Made by a program: the position numbers and the translations under genes. Below, one piece after another: positions 42,866 to 51,629 of a stretch of DNA of 64,000 bases; within the stretch, counting starts at the first letter, position 1; every line of letters starts with the position of its first letter. The DNA comes from Parcubacteria group bacterium (lineage in GTDB: Bacteria > Patescibacteriota > Patescibacteriia > UBA11705 > JABHMO01). Location: contig JAZDPK010000030.1 in assembly GCA_043797615.1 (NCBI GenBank), forward strand, positions 9,067 through 73,066, in the 5' to 3' direction. The notes beneath the pieces were generated by a model. The model was not told the origin of the DNA and ran no database searches. It was given only the letters and a program-made list of their open reading frames with translations.

Positions 42866-43744
42866 ATGAAATCCAAACGGAACAAAACCATTTTCGTTGT
42901 CTTGGAAGATTACAAGCGCTTCCCTATCTTAAAATTAAACTCTAAATTCCAGGCTCTAAATTCTAAACAAATTAAAAATTCAAAATCTAAAATACAAAAT
43001 CAAATCTTTTTCGGCGATTCATTGAGAGAAATGAAAAAATTGCCGAAAGGGAGCATTGATTTAACCGTAACCGATCCGCCGTACACGATTAAACGCGATT
43101 TCGGCAAAGGCACAATCAATACCGATTTAAACAATTTCACTGCCTGGTGCGAACGATGGATTGCGGAATGCGCCAGATTATTAAAGAAGAGCGGCTCGAT
43201 TTACATTTGCATAAACTGGGAAGCGTCGTCGATTGTTGAGGAAATATTGAAAAAATATTTTATTATTCAAAACCGGATAACCTGGAAGCGCGACAAAGGC
43301 CGCGGCGCCAAGCGAAATTGGAAAAACAACCTGGAAGACATCTGGTTCGCCACGAAATCGAACGATTACACTTTCAATTTAAGCGACGTTAAAATAGAAA
43401 AACCGGTCATCGCGCCGTATGTCGACGAGCGCGGCAATCCGAAGGACTGGAAAATCGTTGACGGCAAAAAAATCCGCCTCACCCATCCGTCGAACATCTG
43501 GACCGACCTGGTCGTGCCTTTCTGGTCCATGCCGGAAAACACCGAGCATCCCACGCAAAAGCCGGAAAAATTAATCGAAAGAATAATCCTCGCAAGTTCG
43601 AACAAAGGCGACTTAGTATTCGACCCGTTCATTGGCTCGGGCACCACCGCGGTCGTCGCGAAAAAACTGGGCCGGAATTATCTGGGGTTTGAAATTGAAA
43701 AAAAATTTTATATTTTAACGCAGAAACGGTTGGCTTCGATTTAA
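42866..43744 (+). CDS. Beta-class DNA methyltransferase (N6-A or N4-C), with no nuclease partner in sight
   Basis: DLTVTDPPY (motif IV) precedes DPFIGSGTT (motif I). Codons ~24-45 are made of the CTAAATTCTAAA repeat sequence. Confidence 0.85.
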   Translation: MKSKRNKTIFVVLEDYKRFPILKLNSKFQALNSKQIKNSKSKIQNQIFFGDSLREMKKLPKGSIDLTVTDPPYTIKRDFGKGTINTDLNNFTAWCERWIAECARLLKKSGSIYICINWEASSIVEEILKKYFIIQNRITWKRDKGRGAKRNWKNNLEDIWFATKSNDYTFNLSDVKIEKPVIAPYVDERGNPKDWKIVDGKKIRLTHPSNIWTDLVVPFWSMPENTEHPTQKPEKLIERIILASSNKGDLVFDPFIGSGTTAVVAKKLGRNYLGFEIEKKFYILTQKRLASI

Positions 43745-43807
43745 TATTGACAATTAACTTTAAAAAGTTTAACATAATTCCATTGTTCATTAACGCGGAG
43801 GAATAAT

Positions 43808-44398
43808 ATGAAACTTTTAATCGCCACGTACAATCAAGGAAAGTTAAAAGATTACAAAAATCTTCTCAAAGATTATCCGCTGGAAATCGTCTCGCTTGAT
43901 GACGAGAAAATTACCGACGACATCGAGGAAAACGGCCAGACATTCGAGGAAAACTCCCTATTGAAAGCCAGATTTTTCTGCAAGCTGGCAAATATGCCGA
44001 CTTTAGCCGACGATGGCGGGCTGGTAATTGACGTTCTTAACGGCGAACCGGGCGTGCACAGCCGGCGCTGGAAAGGATATCGCATGACCGACCAGGAAAT
44101 GGTCGATTATGCTCTTGAGCGCATGCAAGGCATCCAGCGAGAACAACGAACAGCACGCATGGTGGCGGTTTTATCTCTTGTTTTCCCGGATGGACGCGAA
44201 TTTCAAAGCAAAGCGGCAATCGAGGGAATAATTTCCGAAAAGCAGGAAACGGCGATCATGCAGGGGTACCCGTTTCGGTCGATCTTTTTCGTCAAGGAAC
44301 TGGGAAAAATTTTCACGGATTTGACAGAAGAGGAACACGACCGAATCAACCACCGGATTCCGGCGATCAAAGAGCTTTCGAAGCATTTCATGGAATGA
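43808..44398 (+). CDS. rdgB: Non-canonical purine NTP pyrophosphatase (RdgB/HAM1)
   Basis: 196 aa. Starts MKLLIATYNQGKL and shows a Ham1 pattern. Confidence 0.85.
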   Translation: MKLLIATYNQGKLKDYKNLLKDYPLEIVSLDDEKITDDIEENGQTFEENSLLKARFFCKLANMPTLADDGGLVIDVLNGEPGVHSRRWKGYRMTDQEMVDYALERMQGIQREQRTARMVAVLSLVFPDGREFQSKAAIEGIISEKQETAIMQGYPFRSIFFVKELGKIFTDLTEEEHDRINHRIPAIKELSKHFME

Positions 44399-44425
44399 AA
44401 ACAATAAGCGTTCGCAAACGGACGC

Positions 44426-44773
44426 TTATTTTAATTTAGAATTTTTATTTTTTTTAACGCTTATCGCCAACTTATAACCGTTTCGCCCGAAGTTTACCCA
44501 GCGTTCAATCCGCGATATTGTCGATTTTCCGCATCGCATAAGCGCTTTGATGTCATCATATGTCATCCCGTCAATCAACTTTTCCGCGATAAGCAAGCGT
44601 CGAACAAGCATCGTCCTTTCATTACGATTTAATAAATCTTTCAAAAAGTTTTTCATTTCCTGCTTAGACTTTAATCGAAACAGAATGTCGCATAAAATAT
44701 CGAGAAGATCTTCTTGCGTTTTATACGGCAAACGCTTTTCATTATACTTTGACATAATTTTATTTAGTCCCAT
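44426..44773 (-). CDS. TrpR-related YerC/YecD-family DNA-binding protein
   Basis: Contains LLDLLNRNERTMLVRRLLIAEKLIDGMTYDDI...GKSTISRIERW. Confidence 0.75.
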   Translation of the reverse strand: MGLNKIMSKYNEKRLPYKTQEDLLDILCDILFRLKSKQEMKNFLKDLLNRNERTMLVRRLLIAEKLIDGMTYDDIKALMRCGKSTISRIERWVNFGRNGYKLAISVKKNKNSKLK

Positions 44774-44803
44774 AGTCTGGACTATGGGACTATGCGTTAA
44801 TTA

Positions 44804-45244
44804 TTATCTCATGAAATTTTTCACCTTGTCATACCACCCACTCACCGTTTCAAACATGGTTTTCGCCTTGTTGTATTGCTCCTGGATATTTTTCACGTTC
44901 GCCGCGGTTTCATTGTACAAATTCGTTCCTTGATCAATGCTGGTGTTCAACTCACGTGTTACTTGCGGCAATGTCGCGTTCATCTGCGCTTTTTTGTCGT
45001 AATAATCATTGACAACATCGCTTTTGATGCTGGAGACGAAAAAATAAATAATGTAGCCGCAAATGCCGATTACCAAGACCAAAGCGACGCAGCAATAAAT
45101 CCGCGCCCGCTTTTTCGGGCGATGCTCAAACAGCTCGCCTTGAGGTCTTAAGACTTTTAATTCGGCGCGCTTCGCTTCGACATATTCCTTGTTCAATCTG
45201 GCCAATTCCAAATCTTCCTCGATTTTGCGGTTTGAATGCTCCAT
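44804..45244 (-). CDS. Hypothetical single-pass membrane protein
   Basis: 146 aa with a central TM (IYCCVALVLVIGICGYIIYFFV). Confidence 0.5.
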   Translation of the reverse strand: MEHSNRKIEEDLELARLNKEYVEAKRAELKVLRPQGELFEHRPKKRARIYCCVALVLVIGICGYIIYFFVSSIKSDVVNDYYDKKAQMNATLPQVTRELNTSIDQGTNLYNETAANVKNIQEQYNKAKTMFETVSGWYDKVKNFMR

Positions 45245-45341
45245 ATTTTAAAATTCTAATATCTAAACTCTAAATTCTAAATAAGCATAAAATCTAAAAT
45301 TAAAAACTTAAAATTATTTTGGATTTTAAAATTTGAATTTC

Positions 45342-45380
45342 GAATTTATTTAGAATTTAGTATTTAGAACTTAGAGTTTA
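45342..45380. repeat. AT-rich TTTAGA/TCTAAA hairpin-repeat family, copy 1
   Basis: GAATTTATTTAGAATTTAGTATTTAGAACTTAGA (34 nt) is identical at 49856-49889. It forms the right arm of a 22-bp-arm hairpin (45262-45283 / 45361-45382, 21 of 22 positions). It ends at the stop codon of the translin-like gene. Confidence 0.8.
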
Positions 45381-45956
45381 GATTTTTTCTCTAATGCTAA
45401 TGTCGTAAATGATCGATTCGGCTTTTTGCAGATGCTTTTTCGCTTGATCGAATTTCGTGCGCAGATATCCGACAAAATTGATTTGCATTAATTCATGAAT
45501 AATATCGTTGATCGCCTCGTTCGCCAGCCGCACTTCTTTGACTTTATTTTTCGTTGTCAAAGAAATCATTTTGCGCACGATTTCGCCGCAAACGTCGGAC
45601 AAACCGCCGATGTATTCGTCGAATTCGATTCTAAAATCCTTGATTTCAGAGAGTTCCTTGTTTTCGCAAAAATCCAGGAACAACTTCGCCTCCGTGAATT
45701 CCTCGATGCTCGCTTTCCACGATCCTTCGCCGCGCAAACGGGCTTCCTTGCCGAATTTCTTGTCGAGTTCGATCAAAATCGCTTTCGCGCCTGCCAATTT
45801 TTCGTTCGCTTCCTTCAAATCGTCGCGCTGCAAAGCGAAAATCGCCTGTTTCGAAAGATGCTGCGCTTTGGCGCTTTCCGCGATAATCACCCATCGGCTC
45901 TTGTCCAATTCGGTCTGCTGCAAAAACACGTTTTGCCAGAATTTTTTGTCGATCAT
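45378..45956 (-). CDS. Translin-family protein
   Basis: Contains ...EYIGGLSDVCGEIVRK... and ...LRTKFDQAKKHLQKAESIIYDISIR, which match the remembered translin C-terminal pattern (LR.K.D.lk..l.K.E...YD). The start is taken at MIDKKF. Confidence 0.55.
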   Translation of the reverse strand: MIDKKFWQNVFLQQTELDKSRWVIIAESAKAQHLSKQAIFALQRDDLKEANEKLAGAKAILIELDKKFGKEARLRGEGSWKASIEEFTEAKLFLDFCENKELSEIKDFRIEFDEYIGGLSDVCGEIVRKMISLTTKNKVKEVRLANEAINDIIHELMQINFVGYLRTKFDQAKKHLQKAESIIYDISIREKI

Positions 45957-46069
45957 ATGATAATAATGGTTAAAAAGGCGATATAAGGCAATAAAGGGCA
46001 AATAAGGCATACACGAAAAATTTCGTTTCGCCATATTCTGCCTTTTTTCGCCCTGTCATCCCCCTTCTT

Positions 46070-47074
46070 TTATAAATATTTATACTTGTTTTTCAAATGC
46101 TCGTCGTATGTCGCGCCGAAATACGCTTTTCCGTCAGGCGTGGTTAAAAAATACCAATAAGTCGTCAGCCCAGGATAAATCACCGCCTTGATCGCCTCAA
46201 TGCTCGGATTGCAGATCGGACCAGGCGGCAAACCTTTGTATTTATACGTATTATACAAACTGTCGACTTTCGTGTCGTCCAAACTTGGCGAAGCCAGTCC
46301 TTTTTTTGTAATGTAATTGACTGTGGCGTCGGACTGCAAAGCCATGCCGATTTTCAATCTTTTTTGAAATATTCCCGCGACAATCTGCCGGTTTTCATAT
46401 CCGGAAATTTCTTTTTCAACGATGCTCGCCAATATTACAACTTCAAAAATCGATTTTTTCTGCCGCTTGATCTCCTGCCGCAGTTCCGGCGTCAGCTTGT
46501 CGCTGAAATTATCCAGCATTTTTTTGGCGATCGCTTCGGCGTCGGCTTGGCGGTAAACGCGGTAGGTGTCCGGATAAAAATAACCTTGCAAACTCGCGCC
46601 GCTCGCCCGATCGAGAACAAGCGGATAATCAAAGCTGTTATAATCATTTGAATATTCGACGAAATCGTTTTTTTGAATCAGTCCTTGCTTGGCCAAATAA
46701 GCGTCGATATCCTGGTCAGTCCAACCTTCCAATATTTTAATCTCCGCTTCCCTGTTCAAATCGCGCTGTCCGATTAAAGCGTCTACCAACTGTTTAACGC
46801 TCATGTCCGTGCGCAAATCGTAAACCCCGTCGAAAAATTTGGCGCGGTAGCCATTCAGCCAAACATATATTTTGAACAAATTCGGTTTTTTCAAAAAGCC
46901 TTGGCACTGGAGATTTTTCGCGATGTCGCCGACGCCCTGGCCTTTTTCAATGCTAAAATCCTTGGCGCCGAGCGGATTGTCGTTCGCTTCCCTTGTTTCA
47001 ATTTGGATGGCTGCATAGATTATGGCGAACAAAATCATTAATAAAACGAATGCCTTAATCAGCGTTTTTTTCAT
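46070..47074 (-). CDS. mltG: Endolytic murein transglycosylase MltG (YceG-like)
   Basis: 334 aa with an N-terminal TM and the motif NTYKYKGLPPGPICNP. Confidence 0.9.
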   Translation of the reverse strand: MKKTLIKAFVLLMILFAIIYAAIQIETREANDNPLGAKDFSIEKGQGVGDIAKNLQCQGFLKKPNLFKIYVWLNGYRAKFFDGVYDLRTDMSVKQLVDALIGQRDLNREAEIKILEGWTDQDIDAYLAKQGLIQKNDFVEYSNDYNSFDYPLVLDRASGASLQGYFYPDTYRVYRQADAEAIAKKMLDNFSDKLTPELRQEIKRQKKSIFEVVILASIVEKEISGYENRQIVAGIFQKRLKIGMALQSDATVNYITKKGLASPSLDDTKVDSLYNTYKYKGLPPGPICNPSIEAIKAVIYPGLTTYWYFLTTPDGKAYFGATYDEHLKNKYKYL

Positions 47075-47217
47075 AAAATTCAGTTTTGATTCGACTTGTT
47101 AATCTTTCGATAATTATGAAGAATGGCGCGCTTGACAAATCTATTTATATCAAATAAGATGTGTTTATACAAATTGTTCATTAACACCAGTTGTCATACT
47201 GGAAAAGGAGGAAAACC

Positions 47218-47574
47218 ATGCGCGCGTTTTTTCAGGAAAAGGAAATCGGAACATTCAAAATACCGAACAATAGGAAATTGATTTACATTCCAGATCTGAA
47301 TATTTCCATCGACTATACTGATGACGACATTACGGTGTCAAAAGAAATCGGTGTTTTCGTAATGGCTCCCCTCTTTCATAACTTTCCCGATGAAATAATC
47401 CGGAAAGCGCAAACTATTCTCCGCTACAATGAAGAAATGGAAATTTTCTACACTCCCGCATTGGCGACCGAACGCCACGAAGCGCGCGAAACGCTGAAAA
47501 CCATGCTTCTTCACTTTCTCGCGAACGAAATGATTGAATCCTTGAAGGAAAAAGAACGGCTGAAAAAGCAATAA
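47218..47574 (+). CDS. Hypothetical protein (118 aa)
   Basis: A self-contained unit: TTGACA-17-TAAGAT promoter, SD AAAGGAGG and its own terminator. Confidence 0.55.
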   Translation: MRAFFQEKEIGTFKIPNNRKLIYIPDLNISIDYTDDDITVSKEIGVFVMAPLFHNFPDEIIRKAQTILRYNEEMEIFYTPALATERHEARETLKTMLLHFLANEMIESLKEKERLKKQ

Positions 47575-47580
47575 CCATCC

Positions 47581-47617
47581 AAACTCCCATCGCCCAACGT
47601 AGCCGGTGGGAGTTTTT
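47581..47617 (+). terminator. Terminator of 47218..47574
   Basis: Stem AAACTCCCA/TGGGAGTTT followed by a T-run. Confidence 0.65.
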
Positions 47618-47670
47618 GATTTAAATGACATTATAGGATACAATATGCTTATAAATTAACCTCCAAAATT

Positions 47671-48099
47671 ATGAATTACCAAGTCATCATTATCCCGATT
47701 GTCGCCGCCGTTCTTGCGCAAATCGCCAAGCTGATCATCAGCGCCGTCAAACATCAATTTTCATGGAAGGAACTTTTCAGCTACGGCGGCATGCCATCGT
47801 CGCACGCGGCGCTCGTGTTTTCGCTGGCGCTCATGGCCGGTTTGGCCGACGGCTGGGATTCTACCATTTTCGCGATCGCCGTGGTATTCGGAATAATAAT
47901 CATCAGAGACGCGGCCGGTCTGCGGCGCGTTGTCGGAAAGCAATCGCACGCGATCAACGAGCTTGTCCACAAATTGCCGGCAGTTTCGTCGGACGAATTC
48001 AATTATTTGAACGAACGGATCGGGCATACGCCGCTGGAACTTTTTTACGGATGTTTGATCGGATTGGGCATTGTGCTGGCGCATGTTATTATATTTTGA
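47671..48099 (+). CDS. Divergent PAP2 (DUF212) membrane protein
   Basis: Contains GGMPSSHAALVFSLA ... IIRDAAGLRR. Confidence 0.75.
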   Translation: MNYQVIIIPIVAAVLAQIAKLIISAVKHQFSWKELFSYGGMPSSHAALVFSLALMAGLADGWDSTIFAIAVVFGIIIIRDAAGLRRVVGKQSHAINELVHKLPAVSSDEFNYLNERIGHTPLELFYGCLIGLGIVLAHVIIF

Positions 48100-48117
48100 C
48101 AAACAATAAATATTTTC

Positions 48118-48147
48118 AGCGGTTTCACGGTATAGTCCGTGAAACCG
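48118..48147 (+). terminator. Terminator hairpin, a 30-nt identical copy of 14131-14160
   Basis: AGCGGTTTCACGGTATAGTCCGTGAAACCG is followed by TTAGTTTTTAT. Confidence 0.7.
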
Positions 48148-48229
48148 TTAGTTTTTATAATTTCAGCGGTCGTATGGTAAACCATTCGTTGTTCTCAGGT
48201 TCAGGGCAGGCAGGGCGTGGGACCGCTTT

Positions 48230-48871
48230 TCAATCGATTCCGGCAATCTCGCTGTCCAGCTTTTCAAAAAATTCTTTCATGTAATTGTGCCGGTTCTCGG
48301 CGACGCGTCTGCCTTCATTCGTCAGCATTTTATTCTTTAATTTGCAGAGTTTGACGGTATATTCGCGATAAGCGGTGTCCTCCTTGGAATACGAATCGGT
48401 TTTTTCAACGTTCAAATCGCTGTTATGCAATCGCGCGCCGATGGCGCCGGCGAATAAAAACGCGCGGCCGATGCCGATCGCTCCGATTGAATCAAGTTTA
48501 TCGGAATCGAATAAAATTTTCGCCTCCAGCGATTCCGGCGCGATGTTGTTTCGAAAACGATGCGCGGCGATGCAATGCACTATTGAATTGATTTTAGTTT
48601 GCTCAACTCCCAGGTCTTTCAAAATTTGTTCCGCCATTTCCGCGCCAATTGCGGCGTGATCCGATTCCCCCTTGCTTTCAAACTCTTTCTCCCGCGCTAT
48701 ATCATGCAAAAACGCGGCCATTTTCAAAATTTCCAGATCGGCGTTTTCCTGGCGTCCGATTTTTTCGCATAACGAACATACGCGCAACGTATGATCCCAA
48801 TCATGATGCCCGCCGCCGCTGTTATCAAAAAAAATTTTCGCTTTTTCTTTCACTTGTTCAATTATATTCAT
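48230..48871 (-). CDS. HD-domain phosphohydrolase
   Basis: Contains HDWDHTLRV ... FLHDIAR. Confidence 0.8.
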   Translation of the reverse strand: MNIIEQVKEKAKIFFDNSGGGHHDWDHTLRVCSLCEKIGRQENADLEILKMAAFLHDIAREKEFESKGESDHAAIGAEMAEQILKDLGVEQTKINSIVHCIAAHRFRNNIAPESLEAKILFDSDKLDSIGAIGIGRAFLFAGAIGARLHNSDLNVEKTDSYSKEDTAYREYTVKLCKLKNKMLTNEGRRVAENRHNYMKEFFEKLDSEIAGID

Positions 48872-48924
48872 AAATTGATTTTATTCGTTATTCGTAGCAT
48901 TCGGATTTAAGAATATTCGTATTA

Positions 48925-49791
48925 TTATTTTTGGCAATTAGGACAATAGCTCGTTCCCCTGCCGCCGATCTTAACTTTTGCAATAATCCCTTTTTTGCAG
49001 CGTAAACATTTTTCATGTACGCGATGATAAACTTTCAGGAATTTGCGGAACTGGCCGACCGCTCCTTTCGAATTGACATACGTGTTGACCGACGTGCCTT
49101 CGAACTTGATCGCTTTTTCCAGCACTTTTTTTATTTCAGCGAATAAATCCTTGCGCTCTTTCAAGCTTAACGACTTGACAATCCGCATCGGCTTGATTTT
49201 CGCGGCAAAACACGACTCGTCGGCATAGATATTGCCTATTCCGGCGATTAAACTCTGATCCGTCAGAACGATCTTAATCTTCTGATTAGTCTTCTTTTTT
49301 AAAATATTGTTAAAATATTCAAACGTGAATTTCGGGTCAAACGGCTCGATGCCGTATTTGTCGGTTTCTTTGTTTAACTTTTCTTTGTCAACGATTTTGA
49401 AATAGCCGAACTTGCGCAAATCATTAAAATACAATTTCGCGCCGTCCGAAAAGTTGAATTTCACGCGATTAAAGCGATTATTCCGGCCAGCGGCGTTTTC
49501 GTCCGGAACACTGGCAACGGTTTGTCCGCTTTTCGCCAAGTAAACCAGCTGCCCAGTCATTTTTAGATGGCAAAGCATGAACAAGCCGTCTTTTACTTTG
49601 AAAATTAGCAGTTTTCCTCTTCTTTCAACCGATTTAAACGCATTGCCTTTTAAAAATTGAAGAAACTTCGCCGGAGGCGGCGAAATTTTCTTGCGAAAGC
49701 TCGGCTCAATCCAGATATCGACGATTTTTTTATTTACAACTTTGCGCGACAGGCCGCGCTTGATTGTCTCGACTTCGGGAAGTTCAGGCAT
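48925..49791 (-). CDS. mutM: Formamidopyrimidine-DNA glycosylase (Fpg/MutM)
   Basis: Starts MPELPEVE and has a C-terminal zinc finger, CLRC...CPNC. Confidence 0.9.
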   Translation of the reverse strand: MPELPEVETIKRGLSRKVVNKKIVDIWIEPSFRKKISPPPAKFLQFLKGNAFKSVERRGKLLIFKVKDGLFMLCHLKMTGQLVYLAKSGQTVASVPDENAAGRNNRFNRVKFNFSDGAKLYFNDLRKFGYFKIVDKEKLNKETDKYGIEPFDPKFTFEYFNNILKKKTNQKIKIVLTDQSLIAGIGNIYADESCFAAKIKPMRIVKSLSLKERKDLFAEIKKVLEKAIKFEGTSVNTYVNSKGAVGQFRKFLKVYHRVHEKCLRCKKGIIAKVKIGGRGTSYCPNCQK

Positions 49792-49855
49792 ATGATCAGA
49801 ATAAACTCTAAACCCTAAATTCTAAACACTAAACGAATTTAGAATTTTGTATTTT

Positions 49856-49894
49856 GAATTTATTTAGAATTTAGTATTTAGAACTTAGAATTTA
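49856..49894. repeat. AT-rich TTTAGA/TCTAAA hairpin-repeat family, copy 2
   Basis: This is the second copy of the 34-nt identical stretch (49856-49889). The repeat ends at the gpmI stop codon (49892-49894). Confidence 0.8.
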
Positions 49895-51475
49895 TATTAA
49901 CGCTTTCCCCGTCATCTCCTCCGGCGCGTCTATTTTCATCATTTTCAGGATCGACGGCGCGATGTCGGACAATAGGCCGACCGGCTGGACCATGCTGAGA
50001 TCGTTTCCCACCATCTGCACGTCTTCCGCGGTCTTGCCTTCGAACTCGCGGCCGATGAAAACGCACGGCACCGGGTAAGTGCTGTGTTCCTTGTCGATCT
50101 CGCCGGTCTGCAGATTGATCAGCTCTTCCGCGTTGCCGTGATCCGCGACGATAATCGCATCGCCGCCTTTTGAAAGGATGACGCCGACCGCTTCGCCCAA
50201 GCATTTATCAACATACTCGATCGCGTCGACCGTGGCTTTAATGTCGCCGGTATGCCCGACCATGTCCGGATTGGCGAAATTGACGACGATAAAATCGTGT
50301 TTTTCCTTTAAAATTTCGCCGATCAATTCTTCCGTGACTTTTTTCGCGGACATTTCCGGCTTTTCGGCGTAGGACGCGACTTTCGGCGAAGGAATGACGA
50401 TGCGCTCCTCGCCTTCGTACGGCTCTTCCACGCCGCCGCCGAAAAAGAAAGTGACGTGCGCGTACTTTTCCGTTTCCGCGATATGCAGCTGGCGCAGGCC
50501 TTTTTCGCTCAGGATTTTCGGCAGAGTCGTTTTGATCTCCTCTTTTTCAAATGCCACGCGAACCGGCAGCCCCTTCTCGTACTCGGTCATTGTGGCGAAA
50601 TGCAGATTGCTTATCTTCGGTCCGCGGTCGAACTTATCGAATTGGTCGAGAACGAACGCCTGCGTCAATTGCCTGGCGCGGTCGGCGCGGTAGTTGAAGA
50701 AAATAACGGCGTCGTTGTCGGAAACAACGGCGGTCGGGGAATTGTCCCTGCCGATGACGATCGGGACGAATTCCTCGTCGAAAACTTTCCTGCCGTAGGA
50801 ATGTTCGATCGCTTTTCGCGGCTCCTTGAAAAATTCTTCGCTTTTTCCTTGGGCAACGGCTTGATAAGATTTAACGACCCTCTCCCAGCGGTTGTCGCGG
50901 TCCATGGCATACATGCGGCCATGGATCGTGGCGATTTCACCGACGCCGATTTTATCAATGTTCTTTTCCAAATCCTCGATAAATCCTTTGCCGCTGTTGA
51001 AAGTGGAATCGCGTCCGTCCAAAAAAGCGTGGATAAAAACGTCTTTGACTTTGTGCTTCTTCGCCATTTCAAGCAAAGCGTAGCAGTGCGAATTCATTCC
51101 GTGAACCTTGCCTTCGCTCATGATTCCCATCAAATGCAGTTTTGATTTGTGCTTTTTAACGTGTTCGATCGCGTCCAATAACGATTTATTTTCAAAAAAT
51201 GATCCGTTTTCGATCGCGCGGTCGATGCGCGGCAGATTCTGATAAAAAATTCTGCCCGCGCCGAGGTTCAAATGTCCGACTTCGGAATTGCCCACTTCGC
51301 CCCACGACAAGCCCACCGCTTCGCCTGACGCGAGCAGGGTAATCGCCGGATATCCGGCAACATATTTAATGAAATTCGGCGTCTTCGCAAGCGTTACGCC
51401 ATTGCCTTCGGAAGGCGGCGCCACGCCCCAGCCGTCGAGAATGATTAAAACGATGGGTTTTGGAATATTCTGCAT
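49892..51475 (-). CDS. gpmI: 2,3-bisphosphoglycerate-independent phosphoglycerate mutase (copy A)
   Basis: 527 aa. Contains ILDGWG, GNSEVGHLNLGAGR and ADHGNAE. Confidence 0.92.
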   Translation of the reverse strand: MQNIPKPIVLIILDGWGVAPPSEGNGVTLAKTPNFIKYVAGYPAITLLASGEAVGLSWGEVGNSEVGHLNLGAGRIFYQNLPRIDRAIENGSFFENKSLLDAIEHVKKHKSKLHLMGIMSEGKVHGMNSHCYALLEMAKKHKVKDVFIHAFLDGRDSTFNSGKGFIEDLEKNIDKIGVGEIATIHGRMYAMDRDNRWERVVKSYQAVAQGKSEEFFKEPRKAIEHSYGRKVFDEEFVPIVIGRDNSPTAVVSDNDAVIFFNYRADRARQLTQAFVLDQFDKFDRGPKISNLHFATMTEYEKGLPVRVAFEKEEIKTTLPKILSEKGLRQLHIAETEKYAHVTFFFGGGVEEPYEGEERIVIPSPKVASYAEKPEMSAKKVTEELIGEILKEKHDFIVVNFANPDMVGHTGDIKATVDAIEYVDKCLGEAVGVILSKGGDAIIVADHGNAEELINLQTGEIDKEHSTYPVPCVFIGREFEGKTAEDVQMVGNDLSMVQPVGLLSDIAPSILKMMKIDAPEEMTGKALI

Positions 51476-51629
51476 ATGAAATATTTAACGAACGCTACCA
51501 TGCTCTAGCGTATGATAGTGAAAATTAAAAAATTTATTTTTAAATAAATAGTCTGAGCTATTTGTTCCAATTCCGCTCGAAATTACCTTTTCGCGGACTG
51601 CCGCAGATGCTGAGTATTTTCATATTCAA

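Noticed and set aside
45245-45377. CRISPR array hypothesis for the TCTAAA/TTTAGA-rich spacers (also at 49795-49890 and 26810-26960)
   Set aside because: The repeats are inverted rather than direct, are irregularly spaced with no unique spacers, and no cas genes are present.
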